DNA of 64,000 nt from an uncultured delta proteobacterium (GTDB lineage: Bacteria > Myxococcota_A > Polyangia > Polyangiales > Polyangiaceae), in assembly GCA_963716725.1 (NCBI GenBank), contig CAVQUB010000033.1:64001-128000 (forward strand), read 5' to 3'. Shown here piece after piece: positions 31,368-40,925 of the stretch; position 1 is the stretch's first letter; the number at the start of each line of letters is the position of its first letter. The position numbers and the translations under genes were made by a program. The notes below the pieces were generated by a model that was not told the DNA's origin, searched no databases, and saw only the letters and a list, made by a program, of their open reading frames with translations.

Positions 31368-32786
31368 TCACCAGCGCTGGCCCGGCGGCGCGCCCAGGAG
31401 CGGGGGAGCGCCTCCGACCACGGGGCGGGTGACGATGGTCCGGGACAGCTCGGCGTAGAGTGCCTTCATCCGTGCCAGCTCCTTCGGGTGGGACTGGGAC
31501 AGTTCCCGGGTCTCGGCGAAATCTTTGCTGACGTCGTAGAGCTGGAACCGCCAGTCGTCCCCGAAGGCGATCAGCTTGTAGTCGCCGTCGATCAGCGCGC
31601 GGCGCCGGTCCATCAGATCGCAGCGCGGCAAGTCGACGATGACCGGGCGCGGGCGAGCTTCGGCGCCGAAGACTTCGGGCACGAGACTCGTGCCCCGGTA
31701 GTGGTCCTTCAGCGGCAAGCCCAAGAGGTCGGCCATGGTCGGCGCGAGATCGATGGCCCCCCGCGAAGCCTCGATGCGCCGGGCTTCCGCGCCCGGGACA
31801 TAGATGAAGAGCGGGACCCGAACCAACGCCTCCCAGACTTCATAGGCGTGCCGCTGATGATCGTGCTCGCCGAAGCCTTCGCCGTGATCGGCGGTGATCA
31901 CCACGGCCAAGTTCTTGCCCCAGGGCTGCTTCAGGCACCAATCCACCAAGTCGCCCACCCACCGATCAGTGAAGTGCACCTCGTTGTCGTAGAGATCGCG
32001 GCGGGCGTCGCCAAAGTCGGGAGCCTCCGCGTGTTTGATGTACGTGTAGTGGGGATCCAGGAAGTGGTAGTAAGCGAAGAAGGGCTTCTTGCCCTCGGGG
32101 TCGACGTTCGCGGGGTCGGACAGCATCTTCTTCGCGAGCGCGTTCAGGCGGTCGCTGGTGATGTCAGCAACCCCGGTGAAGTCGATGGCGGTGCCCTCCA
32201 GCAAGCGGAAATCATCGAAGCCCTGGTTCACGCCGTAGGGCGGCGTGAAGTAGCCGTGGCCGTTTCCCGCCAGCGTGCGTACTCCCTGCTCCTGAGCCCG
32301 CTCCGTGATGAACACGTTGTCGTCGAACCAGTGCGTGAAGAACCAGCCGTCGCGCTTCAGCGCGCTCGGATAGTCGCCCACGAGGGTGGGCACCACGCTC
32401 TTGGCGGTGTAGCTCGACATCGAGTAGGCGCGCGGATAGAGCGTCGCGCGTTTCGCGAACTTGGCCAGCCAAGGTGCGATCTCACGCGGGTAGCCGGTCC
32501 AGGGCATGTCGGCGCGAAGGCTGTCCACCATCAGGAACAGCACGTTGTAGGGCCGCTTTGGCTCGGGCTTGGCCGTAGCGGCCGCGTCCTGCAGCGCGGG
32601 CGGCGCGACCGCGGCACTGGCAGCGGTCGCCGGCGCTTCGGGCGGGCGGCTTCCGCCGAGAAGCCCAGAGCCGCGAGCCCCCAGGCCTGCGAGGGCGGCT
32701 AGGCCGAGGGCGCCCAGGATCCAGGTCCTCGACTTCGACGCCTTCGACTGGTTTTCGGCGGGGTGCTTCAAAACGCTGGGCAGCAT
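31368..32786 (-). CDS. Sulfatase/alkaline-phosphatase superfamily hydrolase or transferase
   Basis: NVLFLMVDSLRAD, HFLDPH, TADHGEGFGEH and DLAPT. The nucleophile region SSYTAKS lacks the (C/S)xPxR motif. Confidence 0.8.
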   Translation of the reverse strand: MLPSVLKHPAENQSKASKSRTWILGALGLAALAGLGARGSGLLGGSRPPEAPATAASAAVAPPALQDAAATAKPEPKRPYNVLFLMVDSLRADMPWTGYPREIAPWLAKFAKRATLYPRAYSMSSYTAKSVVPTLVGDYPSALKRDGWFFTHWFDDNVFITERAQEQGVRTLAGNGHGYFTPPYGVNQGFDDFRLLEGTAIDFTGVADITSDRLNALAKKMLSDPANVDPEGKKPFFAYYHFLDPHYTYIKHAEAPDFGDARRDLYDNEVHFTDRWVGDLVDWCLKQPWGKNLAVVITADHGEGFGEHDHQRHAYEVWEALVRVPLFIYVPGAEARRIEASRGAIDLAPTMADLLGLPLKDHYRGTSLVPEVFGAEARPRPVIVDLPRCDLMDRRRALIDGDYKLIAFGDDWRFQLYDVSKDFAETRELSQSHPKELARMKALYAELSRTIVTRPVVGGAPPLLGAPPGQRW

Positions 32787-34408
32787 AGATTATCGGAGCC
32801 CACTCGGCGCGCTCCGAGGGTCGGCGCGGTCGGCAGGCCCCGCGCGGCGACGGACGCTCGGGCCTGCCGCCGGGAGTAGACCGCGCGCTTGAGCTCGCGC
32901 CCGCTCCACAGATCTTTCAGCGCGAGACCGCGATGGCTGAGCGTCGGGAACTCCGCGCGCGGATCCTTCTCGAGCCGACGCAACGCTCGGATGTAGTCGA
33001 GGTTGGCGACGACCTCTCGGGACCAGACCCAGTGTCGCGCCAGCGGCCACGAGACCGCGATCGCGGCCAGCACCGGCCGCGGCCAGTGCGGCAGCAGTCG
33101 GCGCAGTTGTTTCCAGGGGCTCTGCCCGGCGTAAAACCTCGGGTAGCAGCCCAGCGTGCCGAGATACAGCTCGAGGGCGCTCATCTGCTTGGGATGGATC
33201 ACGACGTGCTGCATGTCGTAGAGTTCCCAGTCCCGAGTGAAGATCCGCCCCTCGCGCTCGAGCTTCTTCCACATTGGCGTGCCGGGATAGGGCGTCAGCG
33301 GCATGAAACCCGCGAGGGTGCAGCCGATGCGGTGTGCGAAGCGCACCGTCTCGCCAAAGTCCTCCACCCGGTCGTGGTCGGTACCCGTGACGAAGAAGCC
33401 GTTGACCAAGATGTTGCGCGCGCGCAGGAGGGCCACGTCGCGCTCGACATCGCGCACCGTTTGCCCTTTGGACAGCGATTTCAGTGACAGATCGCGGACG
33501 GACTCGAAGCCGCAGCTCACGAAGGTGCAGTTGGTGCGGGCCATCAGCTCGAGCAGCTCCGGGTCGCGGGCCGCCTCGCAACGCAGCTGGGAGTGCCAGC
33601 CGAGCTTGGGCACCAGTCGGTGGTCGATGAGGGCGCTCAGAAGGGCCTTCAGATACGTACCGCCGACGGCGAGGCTGTCGTCCATGAAGAACAAGAACTG
33701 CCGCTCGGGATCCCAGCGGGCGCCCAGTTCGTCGACGACGCGGTCGACGCTGCGGTGGCGCAGAGATTGCCCAAACACCTTGGTAATCGAGCAGTAGTTG
33801 CAAGCTTGATCGCAGCCGCGGGTCGCTTGCGTGAAGTAGATGCTCGAGTTGAGCGGGTAGCGCAGGCGGCTGTCAGCGCCTTCGATCAGCTTCACATCGG
33901 GCCAGGGCAGGGCGTCGAGCTCGCTGGTGCACAGCGGCGTCCGCGCCGGGTTCGTCGTGACGCCGAGCGCGTGACGGAAGCTGAGGCCAGCGATACTCTC
34001 GAGCGACGCGCCGGACTCGAGGGCGCGGCAGAGTTCGCTCAAGGTGTGCTCGCCCTCGCCGCGCACGACGTAGTCGGCGTGAGCGATGGCCTCGTCGGGG
34101 TTCAGGGTGGCGTGCGCGCCGCCGAGCACGACGGGGACACCGAGGGCGCGCACTGCGTCGGCGATCCGATAGCCCTGAATCGCGTTGCAGGTCTGGATCG
34201 AGACGCCGACCAAGTTCGCGCCCGCGACCAGCTCCGGAACGAAGGGCGTGATCTGCTCGTCGGTGGCGCGGACGACGTGCCCCTCGCGTTCGAGCATTTG
34301 CTTGAGAATGGAGAGCCCGGCGTGGGTGCAGATCTGGCCGGGGACCTTCTGGGCCGACAGGTAACCGGAGTAGCGGCGCATGGCTGGGTAGACGAGGACG
34401 ACGCGCAT
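32768..34408 (-). CDS. B12-binding radical SAM protein
   Basis: GGAHATL, DYVVRGEGE, TRGCDQACNYC, CGFES and LTPYPGT. Start 34408 or 34420. Confidence 0.88.
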   Translation of the reverse strand: MRVVLVYPAMRRYSGYLSAQKVPGQICTHAGLSILKQMLEREGHVVRATDEQITPFVPELVAGANLVGVSIQTCNAIQGYRIADAVRALGVPVVLGGAHATLNPDEAIAHADYVVRGEGEHTLSELCRALESGASLESIAGLSFRHALGVTTNPARTPLCTSELDALPWPDVKLIEGADSRLRYPLNSSIYFTQATRGCDQACNYCSITKVFGQSLRHRSVDRVVDELGARWDPERQFLFFMDDSLAVGGTYLKALLSALIDHRLVPKLGWHSQLRCEAARDPELLELMARTNCTFVSCGFESVRDLSLKSLSKGQTVRDVERDVALLRARNILVNGFFVTGTDHDRVEDFGETVRFAHRIGCTLAGFMPLTPYPGTPMWKKLEREGRIFTRDWELYDMQHVVIHPKQMSALELYLGTLGCYPRFYAGQSPWKQLRRLLPHWPRPVLAAIAVSWPLARHWVWSREVVANLDYIRALRRLEKDPRAEFPTLSHRGLALKDLWSGRELKRAVYSRRQARASVAARGLPTAPTLGARRVGSDNLCCPAF

Positions 34409-34533
34409 GGAGCGGGGCATTGCAAGTCGCGCGCCCGGGGATTTCTTCGGCAGATCTCCCGGCCGTCGTCCAAGTTGCCGGTAACTCGGGGAGGGCAGGG
34501 AGCCTGCCGTCGCTGATGGACGCCGGACCGCGA

Positions 34534-35109
34534 TCAGCTCGCCTTGCCCGGAGCGTGGCGCCGGGCGATCCGCGTCGCGATTCCGCCGAGGGCCAGGCCC
34601 ACGCCGCCACCCACGAAGAGCGCCACGAGCAGCGCCGCGATGAACGCATCGAGGGCGTCCTTGCCCACCTTTGCGTGGGTTGGGAGGTAGAGCGCGAGCG
34701 CCGTGACCATGCCCATCCATGCAGCGAAGGTGTTGGGTCGACCGCGACCCACTCCAGCGGCCTGCACGCCCGCGGCGAGGATCAGCGCGATGATCGAGAG
34801 GGCGCTGGTCACGCTGGTGGGCACGAGCGAGTAGAGGCTGACTTGGGGTGAGAGGGCGCGCGCGATCGAAAGCTCCGCCGTCGCGGCGGCTAGCCCTCCG
34901 ATGACCCACACCGCGTTCCAGAGCTTGCTGTGCCTGAAGGGCGCAGCGGCAACCGCGAGTGCCAGAACCGGAAAGCCATACATGAGCAGCACGCCGGCCA
35001 CGGGTCGCGTGGCGTCGATGCGCGACGCGCCGTAGAGCAGGAGCCCACCTGCCAGGAGCCCGTGCACCCGGTAGCGGGCCCAGCCGGCCTCGTAGTCGAG
35101 ATCGCTCAT
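34534..35109 (-). CDS. Hypothetical membrane protein
   Basis: About 6 hydrophobic segments; ATG at 35109. Confidence 0.6.
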   Translation of the reverse strand: MSDLDYEAGWARYRVHGLLAGGLLLYGASRIDATRPVAGVLLMYGFPVLALAVAAAPFRHSKLWNAVWVIGGLAAATAELSIARALSPQVSLYSLVPTSVTSALSIIALILAAGVQAAGVGRGRPNTFAAWMGMVTALALYLPTHAKVGKDALDAFIAALLVALFVGGGVGLALGGIATRIARRHAPGKAS

Positions 35110-35179
35110 GCTTGGCGGCGTTCTGACACTTTCCGTCCGCGCTTGCCAGCCTTCGGGCGATGCGGCTATCTGGCCCACC

Positions 35180-35650
35180 ATGAAACCCGAACGGAGATTC
35201 TCGCGGGATGCAATCCTGGGCGCGACCGAGGCCCTAGCGTCTCAAAGCCGGCCGGTTCGCTTCCAAGATGTGGACGCCGCGGGGACCATCTTCTTTCCGA
35301 AGGTCTACGAGTATTTCTCGGACGCCTACCTCAATCTGCTCCTCGCGGCGGGGCTCGACGTGCCCGGCTCGCTTGCCCGCCGCGAGTCCGCTGCGCCGCT
35401 CGTTCACTCCGAGGCCGACTACCTGGCACCGCTCCGCTTCGGTGACGAGGTGGTGGTGGAGGTCGTGCTGGCTCGCGTCGGCGCGACGAGCACTGCCTAC
35501 GCACACCGCATCCTCCGGCTCGACGGCACGGTAGCGGTGATCGGCCAGACCGTGCACGTGTGGGTGAGCGGCAAGACCTTCGAGCCCGTGCCGGTTCCGG
35601 ATGCTTTGCGCGCGTATCTCGCCGGCAAGGTCGGTGTGATCTTGGACTAG
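35180..35650 (+). CDS. 4HBT-like hotdog-fold acyl-CoA thioesterase
   Basis: VRFQDVDAAGTIFF and EADYLAPLRFGD. Confidence 0.85.
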   Translation: MKPERRFSRDAILGATEALASQSRPVRFQDVDAAGTIFFPKVYEYFSDAYLNLLLAAGLDVPGSLARRESAAPLVHSEADYLAPLRFGDEVVVEVVLARVGATSTAYAHRILRLDGTVAVIGQTVHVWVSGKTFEPVPVPDALRAYLAGKVGVILD

Positions 35651-35656
35651 GTCGGG

Positions 35657-36877
35657 TCAGCCCGGTCCGGGCTCGACGACGCGTCCGAGCGCCAGCACCA
35701 AGTTGCGCTTCTTGTCGCGAACCACGTAAAGGAAGGGACGCGTGGCGCGCACGTCGACCCCGCGAGTCTCGACCGGCTTGCCGTCGCCCTTGTTCTCCGC
35801 GGTAGCGCCTTCGTCCACGACCAAGCGGATCCGGTGGGGCACGCTGGAGAGGAAGAGCTGGCGCGTCCCTGTCATCGGGGAAAAATCGGCCTTTGTCTTG
35901 GCAAACGCCGCGTGGATCCCGATCTTCTGCAGTGGACCCGCGAGCTCAATCGCATCGCCAGCCGTGAAGCGCGGCAAGGTCAGAGTGGCTTCTTTTGGCG
36001 TGAGCCCGGCGAGCAATTGGTCGAGCTTCTTCTCGTCCAACGCGGCCTCGAAGGCGGGCAGCGGTCCCCGCGGCACGATCAGATCGAAGACGAAGTCCTC
36101 GGTGGCGTACTCGAGCTCGACCACCTGCGCTTCGGGGGTCTCGTTCACCAAGAGCTCGCCGCTGGTGCTCATGAGCATGACGTCCGCGCTCTTGCCGTCG
36201 GCCTTCTTGAACTTGCCGCGACTGGTATGCCCCAGATCGAAGGGATGGAGCCACGGTGCTTCGAAGTCGAGGGCGCTGACCAGCATCAGCTCGACGCCCG
36301 AGTCGACGCTGCCAGTGGGAAGGAACCCTTCGAGACGATCCGAGGTCTTGGTCTCGACCCAGCGATTGACCTGGTCCCGGGCGGTGTCTGGCGCGGCGAA
36401 GTCCTTGGGCGAGACGGGCGCGTCGTAGTATCGCTGGAGCAACTCGATGAAGGCCTGGGCAGGTCTGCGTTCGGCCTGAGCAAAGAAGCCCTGTGCCACC
36501 CGCAGCTTGAAACTCGACGGCAGGGCGCCCCGAGGGGCCTTCCAGACCTCGAGCAGCGCTTGGTGGCTCTGATGAATGGCCGTGGGATCCCCCGAGAGAC
36601 CGAGCACGGTCTCGATCTCGCCTGCGGTCTCGCCGCCCGCGCCTGCCCACGCCATGCTCAGCGCCATCCGAACGCCCGCCGGCGAAAACGCGAGGTTGCC
36701 ATCGCGCTCGCGCAGGATCGACAGGAGGCGGAAGGCGAAGGCGCGATCGCCGGCCGCGAGGTGGGCCACATCCGCGCGCCCCACGGGCTTCGGCATCGGA
36801 GCCGGAGGCTGAAGCGCACGGCACGCAGCCACTGTCAGGGCCAGAGACCCGAGGATGAAGAGCCAGAGGGAGCGCAT
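35657..36877 (-). CDS. Serpin family protein (lipoprotein-like signal)
   Basis: NLAFSPAG, GAGGETAGEI, VNRWVETKT, W..PF, LPRF, ADFSPMTG and ATRPFLYVVRD. Confidence 0.9.
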   Translation of the reverse strand: MRSLWLFILGSLALTVAACRALQPPAPMPKPVGRADVAHLAAGDRAFAFRLLSILRERDGNLAFSPAGVRMALSMAWAGAGGETAGEIETVLGLSGDPTAIHQSHQALLEVWKAPRGALPSSFKLRVAQGFFAQAERRPAQAFIELLQRYYDAPVSPKDFAAPDTARDQVNRWVETKTSDRLEGFLPTGSVDSGVELMLVSALDFEAPWLHPFDLGHTSRGKFKKADGKSADVMLMSTSGELLVNETPEAQVVELEYATEDFVFDLIVPRGPLPAFEAALDEKKLDQLLAGLTPKEATLTLPRFTAGDAIELAGPLQKIGIHAAFAKTKADFSPMTGTRQLFLSSVPHRIRLVVDEGATAENKGDGKPVETRGVDVRATRPFLYVVRDKKRNLVLALGRVVEPGPG

Positions 36878-36942
36878 GCGTGGGGCGAACCTTCACGAAA
36901 CCCCAGAGGGGCGTCAACCGTGGCCCTCGGGGCCCGGCCGAC

Positions 36943-37326
36943 TCAGCCGCCGTTCACCAGTAGGTCGAGCAGCCAGGCCCGGTGGGCTTCGGGAGCCAAA
37001 TCGGCGACCGCGAGCGCAATGTGGGCGCGGCTCGCGTCGGCGGGGATCCCGAGCAGCGCCCACGTTCCCGCGGGGTCGACGCGGAGGTCGCGCCCTCGTT
37101 CCATGGAGAGCTGTCGACTCCGCGGGTAGACCGTGACGGTGAGGGGCGGGCGCAGGAGCGCAAGCGCGCGCATAGCGAAGGCGATGCAATCGAAGGTCTC
37201 GTCGCTCGAGCTATCGAGGGTTCGCTGCTCCTCGATGGCCCAGTGATGGTCGTCGTGGCTCTGGCTCAAGACGACCAGTTTGAACGAACCCGAGGCTTTA
37301 GCCCACGGCAAATCGGCGAGGCTCAC
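36943..37326 (-). CDS. Hypothetical protein
   Basis: 127-aa ORF whose GTG start overlaps the stop of the upstream gene (GTGA). Confidence 0.45.
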   Translation of the reverse strand: MSLADLPWAKASGSFKLVVLSQSHDDHHWAIEEQRTLDSSSDETFDCIAFAMRALALLRPPLTVTVYPRSRQLSMERGRDLRVDPAGTWALLGIPADASRAHIALAVADLAPEAHRAWLLDLLVNGG

Positions 37327-38072
37327 TTCACGATGCGAGCGTCATCGAGGGAACGACCCATCGAAGCGATGACGCCCTCGGCGGTGACGACGATTTGCTT
37401 GCCGTCTTGGGGGGCTGCCTTCACGTCGTGCTTGATCTGCACGCCCACCCGCTTCGAAGCATCCTTCTCGTCGGCCACGCTGAGCGAGGCCACGGTCGCC
37501 GCCGGGGTGGCACCGCTGCGCACCGAGCTCATCACCTGGCCGCGGACGCGGACCTTCTTGCCGATCCACTTGGAGCGGGCAGCGTCGATCCCGTCGAGCA
37601 GCTCGCCGACGGCGTAGATCCGGTCTGCTTCCGGACCGGGCGCTGCGGGGTCCTTGTCCGGCGGCGGGCGATCGAGGAAGAGGTAGCAGTCCTCGAACTC
37701 GAGGCTCTTCGCGCGCGAGTGCGTGACGGCGGGTGACAGCTCGCTGACCTTGTCTGACGACTCGCGGATCATCAGGTACGAGCACTGATCGGCTGCGGGG
37801 ATCCCCCAGACCAGGCGGTCTGGCCCTTTCGTCGTCTCGGGGCCCAGCTTGGCGACGAGGGCGGCGCTCGCGGTCTTCCAGTCGTCACCCACCTTGACGG
37901 TGTCCTTCGCCGCCATCAGGCCATCGAGGGTCAGCGGTCCCGGGAGCGGAGGGGTTGCCGCGGAGGCAGCGGGCGCCGAGGCCGAGGTCGACGTGGACGG
38001 AGTGGCGCTGCCGGGCTTCGATTCACAGCCGAGCGCGAACACCAGCAGGATTGCCGAACTGGCTTTGAGCAT
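37323..38072 (-). CDS. Hypothetical lipoprotein with possible C-terminal OB-fold
   Basis: Lipobox FALGC, Ser/Thr/Ala linker and WIGKKVRVRGQV...VTAEGVI. Confidence 0.6.
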   Translation of the reverse strand: MLKASSAILLVFALGCESKPGSATPSTSTSASAPAASAATPPLPGPLTLDGLMAAKDTVKVGDDWKTASAALVAKLGPETTKGPDRLVWGIPAADQCSYLMIRESSDKVSELSPAVTHSRAKSLEFEDCYLFLDRPPPDKDPAAPGPEADRIYAVGELLDGIDAARSKWIGKKVRVRGQVMSSVRSGATPAATVASLSVADEKDASKRVGVQIKHDVKAAPQDGKQIVVTAEGVIASMGRSLDDARIVK

Positions 38073-38178
38073 GGGACCCAAGGCTACTCTACTCCGGGTC
38101 GCGGGCGATGATGGTAGTCTGGCAGCGCAGGGCGCCCGCTCCTCGTTTCGGCGGCGCTAGCCCCGAACTCGAGCTGCA

Positions 38179-39996
38179 ATGAAGACCAGATCCGACCGCC
38201 CGATCGAGGCGCCGACCACCACCCTCAGCGACTCGCCGTCGGCCACGGAACGGAGCTTGCGCCCGATGGGGACCCCGGCGCCCATCGGCGCGCCGAGCCG
38301 TCCGCCGCCGCCGGCACTGAATGGCGATGGCGACGGGAAGCTTTCGCCGGAGGAGCTTCGAGCCCAGCTGTCCTACTTTCGCCAGAAGGCCATCCAGCTC
38401 GACGTGCTGGTGTTCGAGATGCGAGCGCTCCTGCAGTCCGGCAAGGGCTTCTCGGAGATCCTGAACATCGAGCCGTTGCTCAAGTCCTTCATGGCGGTGT
38501 GTCGTGAGCGCTATGGCGCAGTGAACAGCGCGGTGCTCTTGCTCGACGATCTCGATCCGGAGAACGTCTTCTATCGAGTCCGAGCGAGCCACGGGCTGGG
38601 AGAGTTCTACCTGGACAAGCGCGGGGAGCGCGAAGAGCTCCTCATGTTCAAGATCCCGCACGACCAGGGGCTCCTGTGGCAGCTGATCCATCAGGGGGAC
38701 GTGTTCAGCGTACGAGACATGCGCAAGCTACCGAGATTCAGGACGGCGTTCCGCCAGTGGAACCTGGGGATCTTGAGGTCGGACGTTTGGGTGCCGCTGA
38801 TGCGCGGCGGACAGGTGCTGGGGGTTTTGACGCTGGGTGAGTGCGACGACGGATCTCAGATCCCCGAGCACGAGTTCGCGTTCTTGCAAGAGATCGCGGC
38901 GGTCGCAGCGACCAACATCGACTCGACGCTGAAGTACGAAAAGAACGAGCGGATCCTGAACAATCTGCGCACGCTCTACGACGTCAATCAGCAGCTCGCG
39001 AACGTCAACGACTTCAAGAAGCTGACCATCGACATCCTGGCCACCGCCGTCGACGCCCTGCGCGCGCAGAAGGCCAACCTGATGCTCTACAACCCCGAAA
39101 CGGAGCGCCTCGAGATCAAGGTGGTGTGGGGCAACATCCCCAAGGCGGTGCGCGACAGCATCAACGACGGCCAGGCGGAGACCAAGACGTTTGCCATCGG
39201 CGAGGGTGTCGCCGGCTCGGCAGCCAAGCTGCGGCGGCCGGTGCGCATCAACGACCGCAGCCAGATCGAGCAGGTGGGGAAGAATCTCGTGTACTGCATC
39301 ATGAGCGTTCCGCTCCTCTACGGCAGCGACGTGATGGGGGTCATCACGTTGACCAACAAAGTGAAGATGGTGGAGGAGCAGCTCGAGCTGGATCTGGTCG
39401 GCCGCTTCGGCGATGATGACGCCCAGTTGTTGCTCGGTCTAGCCGATCAGGCGGCGGTCAACCTGCACAAGGCGAAGCTGTACAACGCCTCGATCACCGA
39501 CCGTTTGACCGGACTCTTCAACGCGCGCCACTTCGAGCAGGCGTTCGAAGCGCTGCTGGAGCAGGCGCGCGACACGAACAAACCGCTGACCCTCGTCCTG
39601 ACGGACATCGACCACTTCAAGCGTTTCAACGACACGCATGGACACAAGGCAGGCGACGTCGTGTTGGCCCGGACCGCTCGCACGTTGCGAGACGCGGTGC
39701 GAGCGGGGTCGCTCGACGCGGCGTTCCGGTACGGCGGCGAGGAGTTCTGCCTGCTGATGCCCGATACGGACGCGGACACCGCTGCGGCCGCCATCGAGCT
39801 CTTGCGGAAGCGCGTCGAAGACGACCTGATCGAGTACGATGGCAAACAGCTCAAAGTGACGATTTCAGCTGGGATCGCCACATTTCCGTCCGCTGCAGCT
39901 TCGCGGTCGCTGCTCTTCGAGGCTGCGGACAAGGCGCTTTACGAGTCGAAGTCGGCTGGGCGCAATCGCGTGACCCACGCGCCCGCGGGCAGCTGA
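38179..39996 (+). CDS. Diguanylate cyclase with two GAF domains
   Basis: TDRLTGLFN, DIDHFKRFNDTHGHKAGD, RYGGEEF and ADKALYESKSAGRNR; two GAF segments (VPLMRGGQVLGVL, VPLLYGSDVMGVI). Confidence 0.92.
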   Translation: MKTRSDRPIEAPTTTLSDSPSATERSLRPMGTPAPIGAPSRPPPPALNGDGDGKLSPEELRAQLSYFRQKAIQLDVLVFEMRALLQSGKGFSEILNIEPLLKSFMAVCRERYGAVNSAVLLLDDLDPENVFYRVRASHGLGEFYLDKRGEREELLMFKIPHDQGLLWQLIHQGDVFSVRDMRKLPRFRTAFRQWNLGILRSDVWVPLMRGGQVLGVLTLGECDDGSQIPEHEFAFLQEIAAVAATNIDSTLKYEKNERILNNLRTLYDVNQQLANVNDFKKLTIDILATAVDALRAQKANLMLYNPETERLEIKVVWGNIPKAVRDSINDGQAETKTFAIGEGVAGSAAKLRRPVRINDRSQIEQVGKNLVYCIMSVPLLYGSDVMGVITLTNKVKMVEEQLELDLVGRFGDDDAQLLLGLADQAAVNLHKAKLYNASITDRLTGLFNARHFEQAFEALLEQARDTNKPLTLVLTDIDHFKRFNDTHGHKAGDVVLARTARTLRDAVRAGSLDAAFRYGGEEFCLLMPDTDADTAAAAIELLRKRVEDDLIEYDGKQLKVTISAGIATFPSAAASRSLLFEAADKALYESKSAGRNRVTHAPAGS

Positions 39997-40060
39997 GGTC
40001 GAGCGCGCGAGCGCTATCCGAGCGCCACGTCTGCCCACAAGAACGCACCCGACTGGCGCG

Positions 40061-40921
40061 TCACCGCGGCCCTGGTCCTCCTGCCGACGAGCCCAGCGTG
40101 ACCGCCAAGAGCAGCGCGTCCACGCGCTCTGACCGCTGATCCGTCGCGCTCTGGAACCACTTTGCGTCGAAGCAGGCGCCGAGCGTGCGCGCGCCGCCGC
40201 AGAGCAGCGCCGACACGATGTTCACGCCTCCGCTCGCGTCCTCGCCTCGCGCTTCGATGTGGCTGAATTCGACCGCGAGGTCCAAGGGGCCCGCGCCCAG
40301 CGCGAGGTGCCCACCCCACTCGAAGGTGCCGCCGAGCTTGCGCCGATCGTCGCCCGGCTTCAGCCGCCCGGCCAGCACGGGGCCGCCGCGCGCGCTCAGC
40401 TCGAGGTGGAAGTCGCCGCGCAAGATCTGATAGCCGAGCTGGATCTGAGGCAGCTCGATCATCGAAGCGTAGAAGACCGGGTGACCCAGCAAGAAGCCAC
40501 GGCCCCCGAGGCGAGAGAAGGGGCCGTGCCCCCTGCCGAGCTCCTGCATCAATCCGAGGCCGATGTCGACACCGAGGCCACCTTCCATGCCGCCGCGACT
40601 GCCGCCGACGAAGGCGAAGTGGCCGGCGCGCGCGGTGACGCCGACCTCGTGATCAGTGAAGGTAGACATCGACACGGTCGAGAGGCTGACGCCGGCCTTC
40701 ACGTCGCTGCCTTCGACGGCCGTCTCGTCAGCGCGTAGCCCGAAGATCCCGACCACGCGCCGGTCGCTCCGGACCTTCTCGCAGCGCGCCCCGGGTTGCA
40801 GACACCCGACGGCTACTGCCACCGTCGCATGGCCGCCGCCGTCGTCGGCGGCCACCACCAGCTCGTCGGCGATCCCCGGCGTCGACGCCAACAGCACGAT
40901 CGAGAGGGCGCGGGCGCGCAT
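40061..40921 (-). CDS. Hypothetical exported, probably outer-membrane beta-strand protein
   Basis: Signal-like N-terminus and alternating amphipathic strands. Confidence 0.5.
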   Translation of the reverse strand: MRARALSIVLLASTPGIADELVVAADDGGGHATVAVAVGCLQPGARCEKVRSDRRVVGIFGLRADETAVEGSDVKAGVSLSTVSMSTFTDHEVGVTARAGHFAFVGGSRGGMEGGLGVDIGLGLMQELGRGHGPFSRLGGRGFLLGHPVFYASMIELPQIQLGYQILRGDFHLELSARGGPVLAGRLKPGDDRRKLGGTFEWGGHLALGAGPLDLAVEFSHIEARGEDASGGVNIVSALLCGGARTLGACFDAKWFQSATDQRSERVDALLLAVTLGSSAGGPGPR

Positions 40922-40925
40922 GGGC

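Noticed and set aside
32768..34408. B12-radical SAM as a menaquinone methyltransferase (MenK/MqnK)
   Set aside because: MenK/MqnK are HemN-like class C enzymes; this gene has a class B-like layout and is not linked to the men operon. Its substrate is unknown.
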